DNA of 64,000 bases from contig OZ245040.1 of assembly GCA_965224195.1 (NCBI GenBank), positions 1,888,001 to 1,952,000 on the forward strand, read 5' to 3'. The position numbers and the translations under genes were made by a program. This DNA comes from Nitrosopumilus sp. Its GTDB lineage: Archaea > Thermoproteota > Nitrososphaeria > Nitrososphaerales > Nitrosopumilaceae. The notes beneath the pieces are model-generated. The model ran no database searches, was not told the origin of the DNA, and saw nothing but the letters and a program-made list of their open reading frames with translations. This document shows, one piece after another, positions 18,757 to 28,468 of this stretch (the stretch's first letter is position 1; each line of letters begins with the position of its first letter).

Positions 18757-20490
18757 CTACCAGTACTTGGCCTTTACAGTCTCTATGACTTTTTCATGTT
18801 CCTTACTCTTTCTACGTGCATATTTCTCCATGGCGCCAAGTGGAATACCTCCAAGAGATCTTGCAAGTGCATTAAAGGCATATCTTTGTGGGCCTTTTGA
18901 ACCAGTCTTTGTCATGAATTTTTGAATACCATATTTGAAATTGTGTTGCCATGTCTTGTAAAGAACACCCAATTGTGCAGGAGTCATTTCACTTCCAATG
19001 TTAAAGAACTGTGATTGTTCTAGTAATCCAATTGGAACAAATGTAAGTGCAGTAGCAGTAAACATTGAATCAGGTTGTTCATGTTCTAATTCACTGATTA
19101 ATTGAATAGTTTCCCATGAATCTTCAGGGGTTTCGTCATTATCAAGACCCATAATCAAAGTAAATGCTGGAATCCAATAGTTTTCATTCATTGTCTTTAC
19201 ACCTTCTTTTACAACCCAATGCCATTCAGACGGATCATATGGAGCAAGTTTCCTATCAGCATATTTACTAATTAATCTAAGACTTCCAGTTTCAAGTCCT
19301 GCTTGGACACCAATCATGTTATCAGGACCAGCTTTCATGATTTTTGAAAGATTTGGAAGTAGTTTTTCATCAGCTATTGCACCTGCCAACGTTCCATGTG
19401 TTGGATTTGTATGTTCAACTCCTGTAGACATGATTGCAGTGAATAATTCTTCTAATGCTTCTCTATTTGGCTCCATTCCTTTTGCAGTTCTAGGATCCAT
19501 CCCATAAACGAAAATATCATCACTGTGAATCCATGCAGATTTAGAACCACCTTTCTTTATGTTAACTTCAATTTCTTGTTTCACTTTTTCTGGTGAATAA
19601 TATCTTAAAGATCTTAATGTAACATCACAGAATTTACATCCTCTACCACAACCACGCATTACTTCAACCATTCCATGCATACTAGGCTCTACAATGTTAG
19701 GAATATCTTCTAAATCAGGCCTATCCCAGAAATTTACAAATCTTCCGTGAATTTTTTTTCCTTCTCTTTCAAATTCTTTAATGTTAACTTTAAAGTCACT
19801 TCTCTTACGGAATGGATCCATATTTTCAAAATCGCCATTAATCAAATAGTTAAAAAAGCGACCTGCATGTCCATCAATTTCAGGTGCAATGCCACCAAGT
19901 TCTCCTTCTAAAATTGCATAAATTCCAAACTCTTCAATTTTTGCTGGATCATAGTTGTATTGCCATGTTCCAGAAGCACCAGAAATTACTTTTGCCTTAC
20001 TTCCAGTTCTTGCTTTTGCAGCTTTAATTCTATGATGTAATTCTGCATTGTAAAATTCATCATATGATGTTTGTTTTCGTCCATAAGTAAATGTCATAGT
20101 AACTGGACCCATTCCAAGTGGATCCATTTCATAAGTTCCAATAACTTCAGTTTCAGGACCAATGAATTTTTCAATGTGATTTGGATGAGCAACAACTACA
20201 TCTTTTCGTGCAAAGCCATCACGTAACAAACCAGCTTCTAATTTTCTCAATCCATATGGAGCATATTTTGCTGCACCATCAATATCAGGTGACCAATTAC
20301 AAATAAAATCAAACAGAACTTTTGGAGTTACCTGATTTCCAAGAATTTTATACCAAAAACTCTTCTTATCTCTATTAGGATCTATTGCTGGAGCACATCC
20401 GAAAAATGTTGCAAGAGATAATCCCCTATAAGGAGACATCAAAGTTCTATCAGCGGTTAAAACTATTTTTGGAGTACCCATACCCTTCAC
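18757..20490 (-). CDS. radical SAM protein (B12-binding-domain-like family)
   Basis: EVMRGCGRGCKFC CxxxCxxC motif; APYGLRKLEA. Confidence 0.9.
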   Translation of the reverse strand: MKGMGTPKIVLTADRTLMSPYRGLSLATFFGCAPAIDPNRDKKSFWYKILGNQVTPKVLFDFICNWSPDIDGAAKYAPYGLRKLEAGLLRDGFARKDVVVAHPNHIEKFIGPETEVIGTYEMDPLGMGPVTMTFTYGRKQTSYDEFYNAELHHRIKAAKARTGSKAKVISGASGTWQYNYDPAKIEEFGIYAILEGELGGIAPEIDGHAGRFFNYLINGDFENMDPFRKRSDFKVNIKEFEREGKKIHGRFVNFWDRPDLEDIPNIVEPSMHGMVEVMRGCGRGCKFCDVTLRSLRYYSPEKVKQEIEVNIKKGGSKSAWIHSDDIFVYGMDPRTAKGMEPNREALEELFTAIMSTGVEHTNPTHGTLAGAIADEKLLPNLSKIMKAGPDNMIGVQAGLETGSLRLISKYADRKLAPYDPSEWHWVVKEGVKTMNENYWIPAFTLIMGLDNDETPEDSWETIQLISELEHEQPDSMFTATALTFVPIGLLEQSQFFNIGSEMTPAQLGVLYKTWQHNFKYGIQKFMTKTGSKGPQRYAFNALARSLGGIPLGAMEKYARRKSKEHEKVIETVKAKYW

Positions 20491-20532
20491 GGAAATAATT
20501 TTGTGATTTATTTTAAACCTTGCTAGTCAAAC

Positions 20533-21345
20533 TCAGTAATTTTCTAAAATTCCAGCCTTATTTCTATGTAAATGACCAAATTCCTTATTTGTAGATAAAT
20601 GATCCCCATCAAATACAGTTCCATCTCTACATGCAAGATCCTCACCCACACAACAACTGCCACATATTCCAACACCGCATTTCATCATTCTCTCAAGACT
20701 AGCTTGAACAAAGATTTGTTTTGCATGAGCGGCTTGAACGGTTTTGTACATCATAATTTCAGGACCACATACATACACAGCATCATAATGAGTTTCGCTA
20801 ACTAATTTTTCAACTAAATTAGTTACAAATCCTTTTTCACCATAACTACCATCATCAGTCGAAACAATAACTTGATGAGAATTATTTTTTAATAATTCAT
20901 TAGATAAATTTTCAAAAAATACCTCATCTTTTGATTTTGCTCCCATTAGTACAGTAACATCATCAGTAGGTTTTACAAAAGTAAGTAATCGCATCATTGG
21001 AACAAGACCAGTTCCACCTCCAACTAACAAAAGTTTTCCTTTTTTGACGTCAAATGAATTTCCATATGGACCTCGGATTCCAATTTGTCCTCCTACTGGA
21101 ACATTGAACAAACCAGTAGATGAAGGGCCATGTTTTCGTACAGTAAATGCTGCTTTTCCAGGTTCTTTTGAAATCATTACACTCATTGGTAATTCATTTA
21201 CACCAGGAATCCAAACCATAGCAAATTGCCCCGGAAGAACAGTTGGCATTACATCATCTGAAAAAACTAGGGTTCTAACAGTTGGTGTTTCATCAATTAC
21301 TTTTTCAATTGTAACAATTGTGGGATGATTAAGATTTCTTTGCAA
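20533..21345 (-). CDS. pyrK: dihydroorotate dehydrogenase electron transfer subunit
   Basis: PGQFAMVW, RGPYGN, GGGTG, ERMMKCGVGICGSC. Confidence 0.95.
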   Translation of the reverse strand: MQRNLNHPTIVTIEKVIDETPTVRTLVFSDDVMPTVLPGQFAMVWIPGVNELPMSVMISKEPGKAAFTVRKHGPSSTGLFNVPVGGQIGIRGPYGNSFDVKKGKLLLVGGGTGLVPMMRLLTFVKPTDDVTVLMGAKSKDEVFFENLSNELLKNNSHQVIVSTDDGSYGEKGFVTNLVEKLVSETHYDAVYVCGPEIMMYKTVQAAHAKQIFVQASLERMMKCGVGICGSCCVGEDLACRDGTVFDGDHLSTNKEFGHLHRNKAGILENY

Positions 21346-22309
21346 GACCCACCATCTCCTTTATTGTAGAATAATTTTTTCTCTTCATATAATCTAAAAT
21401 TCCTTTGTTAATATCATCAAAAACTCCAACCCAATTATCTCCAATTGCACTTCCAAGTTGAACAGCAGATGCTCCTGCCAAGAAAAATTCAACAGCATCT
21501 TCCCAAGTAGATATTCCCCCACATCCAATTATTGGTATATTATATTTTGAAGAAATTTCATAAACACATCTTAATGCAATTGGTTTAATCGGAGTTCCAG
21601 ATAATCCTCCAAATTTATTACTAAGTATAGGCCGCTGAGTTTCAACGTCAATGGCTATTGCTCTAACGGTGTTAATTGCAGTAATAGCATCAATTCCAGA
21701 ATCTATGACAGTACTAACAGTATTGAGATAATTACTAGTCCCCAATCCAACTTTAGCAATTACAGGAACGTTTGTAGTATTTTTTATAGTAGATACAATT
21801 GCTTTAACCAATCCAGGATCATCACCAACCTCCAAACCAACTTTGGCAACGTGAGGACAGGATAAATTCAACTCATATGCCTTGACTTTACAATTTTTGA
21901 ATTCTTTAATCATCATTTCAAAATCTTCAGGTACAGAACCTACCAAACTTACAACTATTGGAACATCTTGATTTGGTTCAATCATTTTTGCAAAATTTGA
22001 TGCGCCAGGATTTGAGAGACCTACAGCATTTATCCATCCGCCACCCTTTACACTAAAGATTGTAGGATTTGGGTATCCTTCCCATGGTGCAGTGCTTAGA
22101 GATTTAGTTACAACTGCACCTGCACCTGATGCATAAAGTCGATTAAACACATCTAATGATATGCCTAAAATTCCAGACGCCAACATTACAGGTTTATCTA
22201 ATTGAATTTGACCCATGTAAGTTGCAATACTAGGTTCCACTTTGATTAATGAGTCAAGTTTCGAATATAACAGTTGATTCTTGATTCTGGTACCTTTTTT
22301 AAAGGTCAT
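21329..22309 (-). CDS. pyrD: dihydroorotate dehydrogenase (likely start GTG 22240)
   Basis: LASGILG, ELNLSCPH, GGLSG, IIGCGGI. Confidence 0.95.
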   Translation of the reverse strand: MTFKKGTRIKNQLLYSKLDSLIKVEPSIATYMGQIQLDKPVMLASGILGISLDVFNRLYASGAGAVVTKSLSTAPWEGYPNPTIFSVKGGGWINAVGLSNPGASNFAKMIEPNQDVPIVVSLVGSVPEDFEMMIKEFKNCKVKAYELNLSCPHVAKVGLEVGDDPGLVKAIVSTIKNTTNVPVIAKVGLGTSNYLNTVSTVIDSGIDAITAINTVRAIAIDVETQRPILSNKFGGLSGTPIKPIALRCVYEISSKYNIPIIGCGGISTWEDAVEFFLAGASAVQLGSAIGDNWVGVFDDINKGILDYMKRKNYSTIKEMVGLAKKS

Positions 22310-22325
22310 TTAGAATCAACTAGTC

Positions 22326-23831
22326 ATGTATTCTGTAGTTTTAACAGAGTTAGGAATCTCAGTTTTCAATGATGGAAAACTAGACAAAGCATTTTCATTC
22401 TCAAATCCTGTAAAAGAGTACCTATTAGTCAAAAATAAAGAATCAAAATTAAATGAACTTGTAAATTATTTAGCATCAACTCAAAGAGGATTTTCTGTTA
22501 GTGATGAATCATTACTTGCAATTCTAAAAAAATATTCAATTGATTGTCACTTAATGGAAGAATCTGAATTAGATGAAATTCAAACAAACAAACCACAGAT
22601 TATTGTAGATTCAGGTTTTGCATCAAATCTACAAGATACACTTGGAAAATTAAGAGAATTTGCACTGGAATTATCATCATCAAAAGTTACCGAAGTTTCA
22701 GAAAGTCCAGATCTTCACATCATTCAAGCAATTAATTCTCTAGATGAAATTGATAAAATTGCAAATGGACTAAGTTCAAGGCTAAGAGAATGGTATGGAT
22801 TGCATTTTCCAGAACTAGATAATATTATTGACAGCATTAATGGATATGCACAAATTGTAATGGCAGGAAAAAGAGAATCATTAACTAAACAAATTTTTGA
22901 AGAAGCTGGTTTTCCAGAATCAAAAGTAGAGATGTTGTCATTAATTTCATCAAAAAGTAGAGGTGGAGATATTTCAGACATTAATTTATCAATAGTTCAA
23001 TCAATTGCAAAACAAGTTTTAGATTTTCACGAGTTACGTAAGAAACTTGAAGAACATGTTGAAGCAGAAATGCAAAATATTGCACCAAATACTTCAGCAA
23101 TTCTGGGTACTGCAGTAGGTGCAAGGATTTTAGGAAGAGCTGGAAGTCTCAAAAAAATGGCATCTCTTCCTGCTAGTACAATACAAGTTCTAGGAGCTGA
23201 AAAAGCATTATTCAGATCATTGAAGACAGGTTCACAACCGCCTAAACACGGATTATTATTCCAACATGCAATGGTTCATGCTGCTCCAAGATGGCAAAGA
23301 GGGAAAATTGCTCGTGCAGTAGCTGCCAAGGCAGTAATCGCTGCAAGAGTGGATGTTTACGGTAAGGGATTAAATCAAACTTTACTTGATAAACTCAACA
23401 TCAGAGTTGATGAAATTGGCAAAAAATATGAAAATCCTACTGAAAAAGACATGAGACCATCTCCATCATTTAGAAGAGAAGGCGGCTTTAGAGATAATCC
23501 AAGAAGAGGTGGAGGCCGAAACAGAGGTGGAGACCAAAGAAGAGAAGGCGGCTTTAGAGATAATCCAAGAAGAGATAGTGGAGATAGAAGAGAAGGCGGC
23601 TTTAGAGATAATCCAAGAAGAGATAGTGGAGATAGAAGAGAAGGCGGCTTTAGAGATAATCCAAGAAGAGATAGTGGAGATAGAAGAGAAGGCGGCTTTA
23701 GAGATAATCCAAGAAGAGATAGTGGAGATAGAAGAGAAGGCGGCTTTAGAGATAATCCAAGAAGAGATAGTGGAAGAAATGATGAAAGAACAGATTCAAA
23801 CAAAAAGAGAAAGAAGTTTGGAAGAAGATAA
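22326..23831 (+). CDS. nop5: C/D box sRNP protein Nop5 with repeat tail
   Basis: LREWYGLHFPEL, PASTIQVLGAEKALFR, PKHG. Confidence 0.96.
   Translation: MYSVVLTELGISVFNDGKLDKAFSFSNPVKEYLLVKNKESKLNELVNYLASTQRGFSVSDESLLAILKKYSIDCHLMEESELDEIQTNKPQIIVDSGFASNLQDTLGKLREFALELSSSKVTEVSESPDLHIIQAINSLDEIDKIANGLSSRLREWYGLHFPELDNIIDSINGYAQIVMAGKRESLTKQIFEEAGFPESKVEMLSLISSKSRGGDISDINLSIVQSIAKQVLDFHELRKKLEEHVEAEMQNIAPNTSAILGTAVGARILGRAGSLKKMASLPASTIQVLGAEKALFRSLKTGSQPPKHGLLFQHAMVHAAPRWQRGKIARAVAAKAVIAARVDVYGKGLNQTLLDKLNIRVDEIGKKYENPTEKDMRPSPSFRREGGFRDNPRRGGGRNRGGDQRREGGFRDNPRRDSGDRREGGFRDNPRRDSGDRREGGFRDNPRRDSGDRREGGFRDNPRRDSGDRREGGFRDNPRRDSGRNDERTDSNKKRKKFGRR
23472..23774 (+). repeat. 48-bp coding tandem repeat (RREGGFRDNPRRDSGD), about 5 copies plus 1 partial
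   Basis: Units start at 23538, 23586, 23634, 23682 and 23730; partial copy at 23472. Confidence 0.95.
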
Positions 23832-24492
23832 TCAGTCATTTTTTTGGATAAAATCAGAAGGACAAGAAAAATTAGCTACAGAAAATATGGTTCCTGGAAA
23901 TCAGGTTTACAAAGAAAAATTAATCATTAAAAGAGGAATTGAATACAGATTATGGGATCCGTTTAGAAGTAAACTAGCAGCATCCATTGTGAATGGTTTA
24001 GATTACTTTCCTTTTGAAAATAAAAGTCAAATTTTGTATTTAGGGGCATCTACTGGAACCACAGTTAGTCACATCTCAGATATTGTAGGTCCTAGCGGGA
24101 TTGTTTTTGCAGTAGAACATGCAAGTAGAGTGGCAAGGGATTTTTTGGATAGAGTTGCAGCATATAGAAAAAATATTATGCCAATTCTACAAGATGCAAG
24201 AAAGCCAAAAGAATATTTTTCAGTATTTGGAAAAGTTGATGTTATGTATGTAGATATTGCACAACCAGATCAAACACAAATTGCAATTGATAATTGCGAA
24301 ATGTTTCTAAAAAAAGGAGGTTATTTCTTTCTAGTTATCAAAACTAGAAGTATTGATGTAACAAAAGCTCCAAAAAGAATTGTTGAAGAAGAAATAGAAA
24401 AATTGAAACCAAGATTTGATGTTTTACAAACTATTGACCTACATCCATATGATAAAGATCATGCAATGGTAATTTCAAAATTCAAAAATTAG
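23818..24492 (+). CDS. flpA: fibrillarin-like rRNA 2'-O-methyltransferase
   Basis: YRLWDPFRSKLAA, LYLGASTGTTVSH, DIAQPDQ; TTG 23818 taken as start. Confidence 0.95.
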   Translation: MEEDNQSFFWIKSEGQEKLATENMVPGNQVYKEKLIIKRGIEYRLWDPFRSKLAASIVNGLDYFPFENKSQILYLGASTGTTVSHISDIVGPSGIVFAVEHASRVARDFLDRVAAYRKNIMPILQDARKPKEYFSVFGKVDVMYVDIAQPDQTQIAIDNCEMFLKKGGYFFLVIKTRSIDVTKAPKRIVEEEIEKLKPRFDVLQTIDLHPYDKDHAMVISKFKN

Positions 24493-25109
24493 TTATTTTC
24501 AATAATTCTCTGAACTGGTTTCCAACTTTTACGCACGAATTTTGGCATCTCATGGTTTTTTTTGTAATATTTTGTTACAAATTTTACAGTTACAGAATCA
24601 GACGGATACCCACTACCTAAATTATGATCTTTTCTTAATTTTATAATTGCTCTATCCCTACTTACTTTAGCAAGAATAGATGCAGCAGACACTACAACAA
24701 ATCTACTATCAGCACGATGATATGATTTAATTTTATGATTATCAGATAGTTTAGAAATTTCTTTTCCAAACCTAGTAGGATTTACATCGCATGAATCAAC
24801 ATAGGATACATCTGGATTTAATTTTGAAACAACTTTTGCCATGTACTTTACCTCTAAACCATTTAGACAGTGCTTCTTTACACTAGCATCAATTGATCTA
24901 GGAGAAATTTTTGCAATATAGTAATCATCTACAATTTCGATAATTTTTTTGTAGAGATATTCTCGTAACTTAGGAGTGAGTTTTTTTGAATCTTTTACAC
25001 CTAATTTGCTTAATTTTTTTATATTTTTTTTATCTATAGATATTCCAGCTATCACCAAGGGCCCCAACATAGGACCACGTCCAGCATCATCTATACCACA
25101 AATTTGCAC
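24489..25109 (-). CDS. rnhB: ribonuclease HII
   Basis: GIDDAGRGPMLGPLV, GVKDSKKL, SAASILAKV, GSGYPSD. Confidence 0.95.
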   Translation of the reverse strand: MQICGIDDAGRGPMLGPLVIAGISIDKKNIKKLSKLGVKDSKKLTPKLREYLYKKIIEIVDDYYIAKISPRSIDASVKKHCLNGLEVKYMAKVVSKLNPDVSYVDSCDVNPTRFGKEISKLSDNHKIKSYHRADSRFVVVSAASILAKVSRDRAIIKLRKDHNLGSGYPSDSVTVKFVTKYYKKNHEMPKFVRKSWKPVQRIIENN

Positions 25110-25169
25110 GAATTGTTTCTTAAAGCACAAGTATTAAACCGTTATACGTTTAGAAAAATTGAAAAACAA

Positions 25170-26318
25170 TTGGAATTTCCAGACGAAACTTTTCAAGAAA
25201 TAATTGAAGGGAAAACAAAACTGCTAGTCCCAAAAAAATCAATTATCGATAAAGTACCTCCAATGAAACCAGCATTTTTCAATCCAAAAGCAAAATTAAA
25301 TAGAGATTTTTCAATAATTGCATATTCTGCTTTTCTTAACAAATTTCAAGGTCCAAAAATTTTCTTAGAAGGGCTTTCAGGATTAGGAGCTAGAGGATTA
25401 CGAGTTGGAAATGAATTAGACATTGAAAAGATTGTAATTAATGATCTTAATCCCTCTGCACTCAAAATGGCAGAATATTCTGCAAATCTAAATGACGTAA
25501 AAAATATTGAATTTTCTGAAAAAGAAGTATGTAGATTTTTTAGCAATTATTCAAAAAAAGGAGAAAGAGGCTCAATTGTAGATATTGATCCTTTTGGATC
25601 ACCTGCAGCATTTTTTGACTGTGGGATTAGAGCAACCATGCATGGAGGCATACTATCAATCGCAGCCACAGATCTTCAAGTACTAAATGGCCTCTTTCAA
25701 TCTGCATGTAAAAGAAAGTATGGAGGAATTCCAGTTAGAACTGAATACGGAAATGAAATTGCAATTAGATTGGTTTTAGGATCTCTTAGAGCAGTTGCAG
25801 CAAGACTAGGTGTAACTGTTATTCCCATGTTTATTGAAAGTGAAATGCACTACTATAGAATATATGTCAAAGTTTTCAATAGACCAGATCAAAAAGAGAA
25901 TCTAGGATACATTTTACATTGTAAAAATTGTGGGGATAGAAAAATTTCATTAGAGCAAAAACAGGTATGTGAATTGTGTGAATCGAAAATTAGTTTGGCA
26001 GGACCATTATGGATAGATAAAATTTTTGATAAAGAATTTGTTCAAGATATGATAATAGAGAATACTAAATTAGAAACAGACAAAAATTGTGAAAAAATTC
26101 TTTGTAAATGTTTGTCTGAATCAGAAATGTCAGGAACATATTATACAATAGATGAAGTTGCATCAATAATGAAATCATCACCACCAAAACTAGAAAAAGC
26201 AATTTCAAGTTTAATTGAAAATAATTTTTTAGCTAGTGTCACAGTGTTTAATCCAACAGGGTTTAGAACTAATGCAAATATTAAAGAAATAATTAAAATT
26301 TTTGAAACTATCCAATAA
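25170..26318 (+). CDS. trm1: tRNA (guanine-N2)-dimethyltransferase
   Basis: FFNPKAKLNRD, DIDPFGSP, LAGPLW. Confidence 0.92.
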   Translation: MEFPDETFQEIIEGKTKLLVPKKSIIDKVPPMKPAFFNPKAKLNRDFSIIAYSAFLNKFQGPKIFLEGLSGLGARGLRVGNELDIEKIVINDLNPSALKMAEYSANLNDVKNIEFSEKEVCRFFSNYSKKGERGSIVDIDPFGSPAAFFDCGIRATMHGGILSIAATDLQVLNGLFQSACKRKYGGIPVRTEYGNEIAIRLVLGSLRAVAARLGVTVIPMFIESEMHYYRIYVKVFNRPDQKENLGYILHCKNCGDRKISLEQKQVCELCESKISLAGPLWIDKIFDKEFVQDMIIENTKLETDKNCEKILCKCLSESEMSGTYYTIDEVASIMKSSPPKLEKAISSLIENNFLASVTVFNPTGFRTNANIKEIIKIFETIQ

Positions 26319-26901
26319 AACCTAAACAAACAAGATATAATTCACTACTTTGTTTTCTACTTGCATCAGGTTTTGTAAGATTTATTCTAACAAATTTTTT
26401 CTTTATGTAATCTCTAAATTCCATTGAAAATTCACCATCAAAAATTTTGAATACCGCATTTCCTTTGTGTGCTAAAACTTTATCCATAATTTTTGTGCAA
26501 TCATAATTTAATGATATTTGCTTTGCATGATCAACAGTCCAATTTCCACTTACTTGAGGAGAAAGATCACAAATTACAGCATTAACTTTACGCCCAAAAT
26601 AAGATAATACTTGATCTACAACATGTTCATCTTCAATATTTTCTCTAATTATATGAGCCCCAGGAATCTCTTCAACGTATGACAAATCTATACCCATTAC
26701 TTTTCCTTGATTTCCAACTAATTTTATCGCCATTTGAGTCCAACCTCCAGGTGCGCAACCAAGATCTAAAACATTGAAACCAGGCCCTATGAGACGATAT
26801 GACTTGTTTAATTCTTGTAGTTTGAATGCAGCCCTACTTCGAAAACCTTGTTCATGAGCTAACCTACGATAATGATCTTTTCGTGCATCTGCTAGTTTCA
26901 T
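26308..26901 (-). CDS. rlmE: 23S rRNA 2'-O-methyltransferase RlmE/FtsJ
   Basis: RSRAAFKL, DLGCAPGGW, KPDASR..SSELY. Confidence 0.95.
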   Translation of the reverse strand: MKLADARKDHYRRLAHEQGFRSRAAFKLQELNKSYRLIGPGFNVLDLGCAPGGWTQMAIKLVGNQGKVMGIDLSYVEEIPGAHIIRENIEDEHVVDQVLSYFGRKVNAVICDLSPQVSGNWTVDHAKQISLNYDCTKIMDKVLAHKGNAVFKIFDGEFSMEFRDYIKKKFVRINLTKPDASRKQSSELYLVCLGFIG

Positions 26902-27812
26902 TTAGCCTTCACAGGTTTTTTCAATTCAGCAATTACCCAATCCTCAATGAATTGGCAATTAGTAGGACTAATTTCCCCCTCAAGTGAACATTTCTGCTCA
27001 ACAGGACAAACTAAACATGGTGCATTTTCAATAGATTGTGTACTAATTGGGGTTTTCTTTAAAATTAATTTGTATGTCCAACGATTGTTCTCAAGAAGTT
27101 TTTCTCTAGTAATTGTACCCATTCTTTCAAGTTTTAATGCTAATCTAGAACCAACTTGATTAGTAAGTTTAAGTTTTTTCCATAATTCACTTTGGAACAT
27201 TCCATCAGACTCTTTCTCAGCTAAAATATCACAAACTTTGTTAGTCAGTCTTTCCATGTCAACTTTTTCGATTTGGAAATTTTCAATTTCTTCATCTGAG
27301 AGTTGTTCTTCTAATTCTTCTTCAAGTGTTAATTCGGCAATTCTTTTTTCTTCTTCTAATTCTTTTTTGGTTAATTTCTTTACTTTAACTGGTTTTTCTT
27401 CTACTTTCTTTGCAGGTTTTGCAGCAGCTTTCTTTGCAGGTTTTGCAGCAGCTTTCTTTGCAGGTTTTGCAGCAGCTTTCTTTGCAGGTTTTGCAGCAGC
27501 TTTCTTTGCAGGTTTTGCAGCAGCTTTCTTTGCAGGTTTTGCAGCAGCTTTCTTTGCAGGTTTTGCAGCAGCTTTCTTTGCAGGTTTTGCAGCAGCTTTC
27601 TTTGTAGTTTTCTTTGCAGGTTTTGCAACAGCTTTCTTTGTAGTTTTCTTTGCAGGTTTTGCAGCAGCTTTCTTTATAACTTTCTTAGTAGCTTTCTTTG
27701 CTGTTTTCTTTACAGATTTTGTATCTAAAATTTTCTTTTTCTTTTTTAATGCGTCAAGATCTGCCTTAATTTTTTCTGCTTCTTCAATTAGAGTATCTTT
27801 TTTCTTTGCCAT
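26898..27812 (-). CDS. TFE-beta / RNAP III C34-like wHTH-FeS protein with histone-H1-like N-terminal repeats
   Basis: QSELWKKL wHTH plus PCLVC..KC..ISPTNC..IEDW FeS motif. Confidence 0.85.
   Translation of the reverse strand: MAKKKDTLIEEAEKIKADLDALKKKKKILDTKSVKKTAKKATKKVIKKAAAKPAKKTTKKAVAKPAKKTTKKAAAKPAKKAAAKPAKKAAAKPAKKAAAKPAKKAAAKPAKKAAAKPAKKAAAKPAKKAAAKPAKKVEEKPVKVKKLTKKELEEEKRIAELTLEEELEEQLSDEEIENFQIEKVDMERLTNKVCDILAEKESDGMFQSELWKKLKLTNQVGSRLALKLERMGTITREKLLENNRWTYKLILKKTPISTQSIENAPCLVCPVEQKCSLEGEISPTNCQFIEDWVIAELKKPVKAK
27405..27710 (-). repeat. 24-bp coding tandem repeat (AAAKPAKK x8 perfect, plus degenerate units)
   Basis: tttctttgcaggttttgcagcagc repeated at 27405-27596. Confidence 0.95.
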
Positions 27813-27866
27813 TAAATCACCTTATTTTTTAAATCCAATTTCTTATCTATCAACTCGATTTCATTC

Positions 27867-28364
27867 CTATTTAACAGTAAATGTTCCTTTTGTAGAGATA
27901 TTCTTTAGTTGTTTTGAGACCATTTCTGTGACTATATCATAAGAACCTGATGTATTAATTATCTTAGAAAAGTCTTCCCCAACAGGGATAATGTTACTGT
28001 CAGATTCAAAACACTGTTCAAAGAATCTACCTTGTGTTATTGCATCACTTTTTCCAGATAGATAAATTGTAATGTAAAGATCCCCACAACTAAATGAAGA
28101 ATCGCCAACTTTTACTTGAATTTCAATAGGTTCTGTAGTAGAATATTGTTTAGATAATCCAACAATTTCAATAGGAGAGTTATTGGAAGTATCTGTATCT
28201 TCAATAGGAGAACTATGAGAAGTGCCTACTTCAGAATTAGACATTGGCCACATGTTTAACTCTCTATCAGGTTTCTGAAGAACATCAGACAATACTGCTG
28301 AACCGATTATAATTGAGAGAATTACAGGTAAAATGAACACAATAAAAACTCGCTTGCTAGCCAT
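27867..28364 (-). CDS. membrane-anchored hypothetical protein
   Basis: N-terminal TM and a beta-rich domain. Confidence 0.75.
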   Translation of the reverse strand: MASKRVFIVFILPVILSIIIGSAVLSDVLQKPDRELNMWPMSNSEVGTSHSSPIEDTDTSNNSPIEIVGLSKQYSTTEPIEIQVKVGDSSFSCGDLYITIYLSGKSDAITQGRFFEQCFESDSNIIPVGEDFSKIINTSGSYDIVTEMVSKQLKNISTKGTFTVK

Positions 28365-28468
28365 TTTGTTTTAAAATCTATAATTCCCTTATATCTATTT
28401 AGCAAAATTCGAAAAGTTAAGATCATTTTGACGAATGAGTTAAATCGTAGCCAACTAAATATCGCTAG

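Noticed and set aside
23472-23774. 48-bp repeats as a CRISPR array
   Set aside because: Head-to-tail with no unique spacers, and in frame within nop5.
23509-23817. EEKAALEIIQEEIVEI-repeat N-terminal extension of fibrillarin in the ORF track
   Set aside because: It is an alternative-frame reading of the Nop5 repeat; fibrillarin homology begins near TTG 23818.
27238-27942. ORFs with FFAGFAAA, LQNLQRKL and LQVLQQLS repeats
   Set aside because: Shadow frames of the 24-bp AAAKPAKK repeat.
28129-28137. GGTTCTGTA as a left IS end
   Set aside because: It lies inside an intact core gene with no second box; a chance match.
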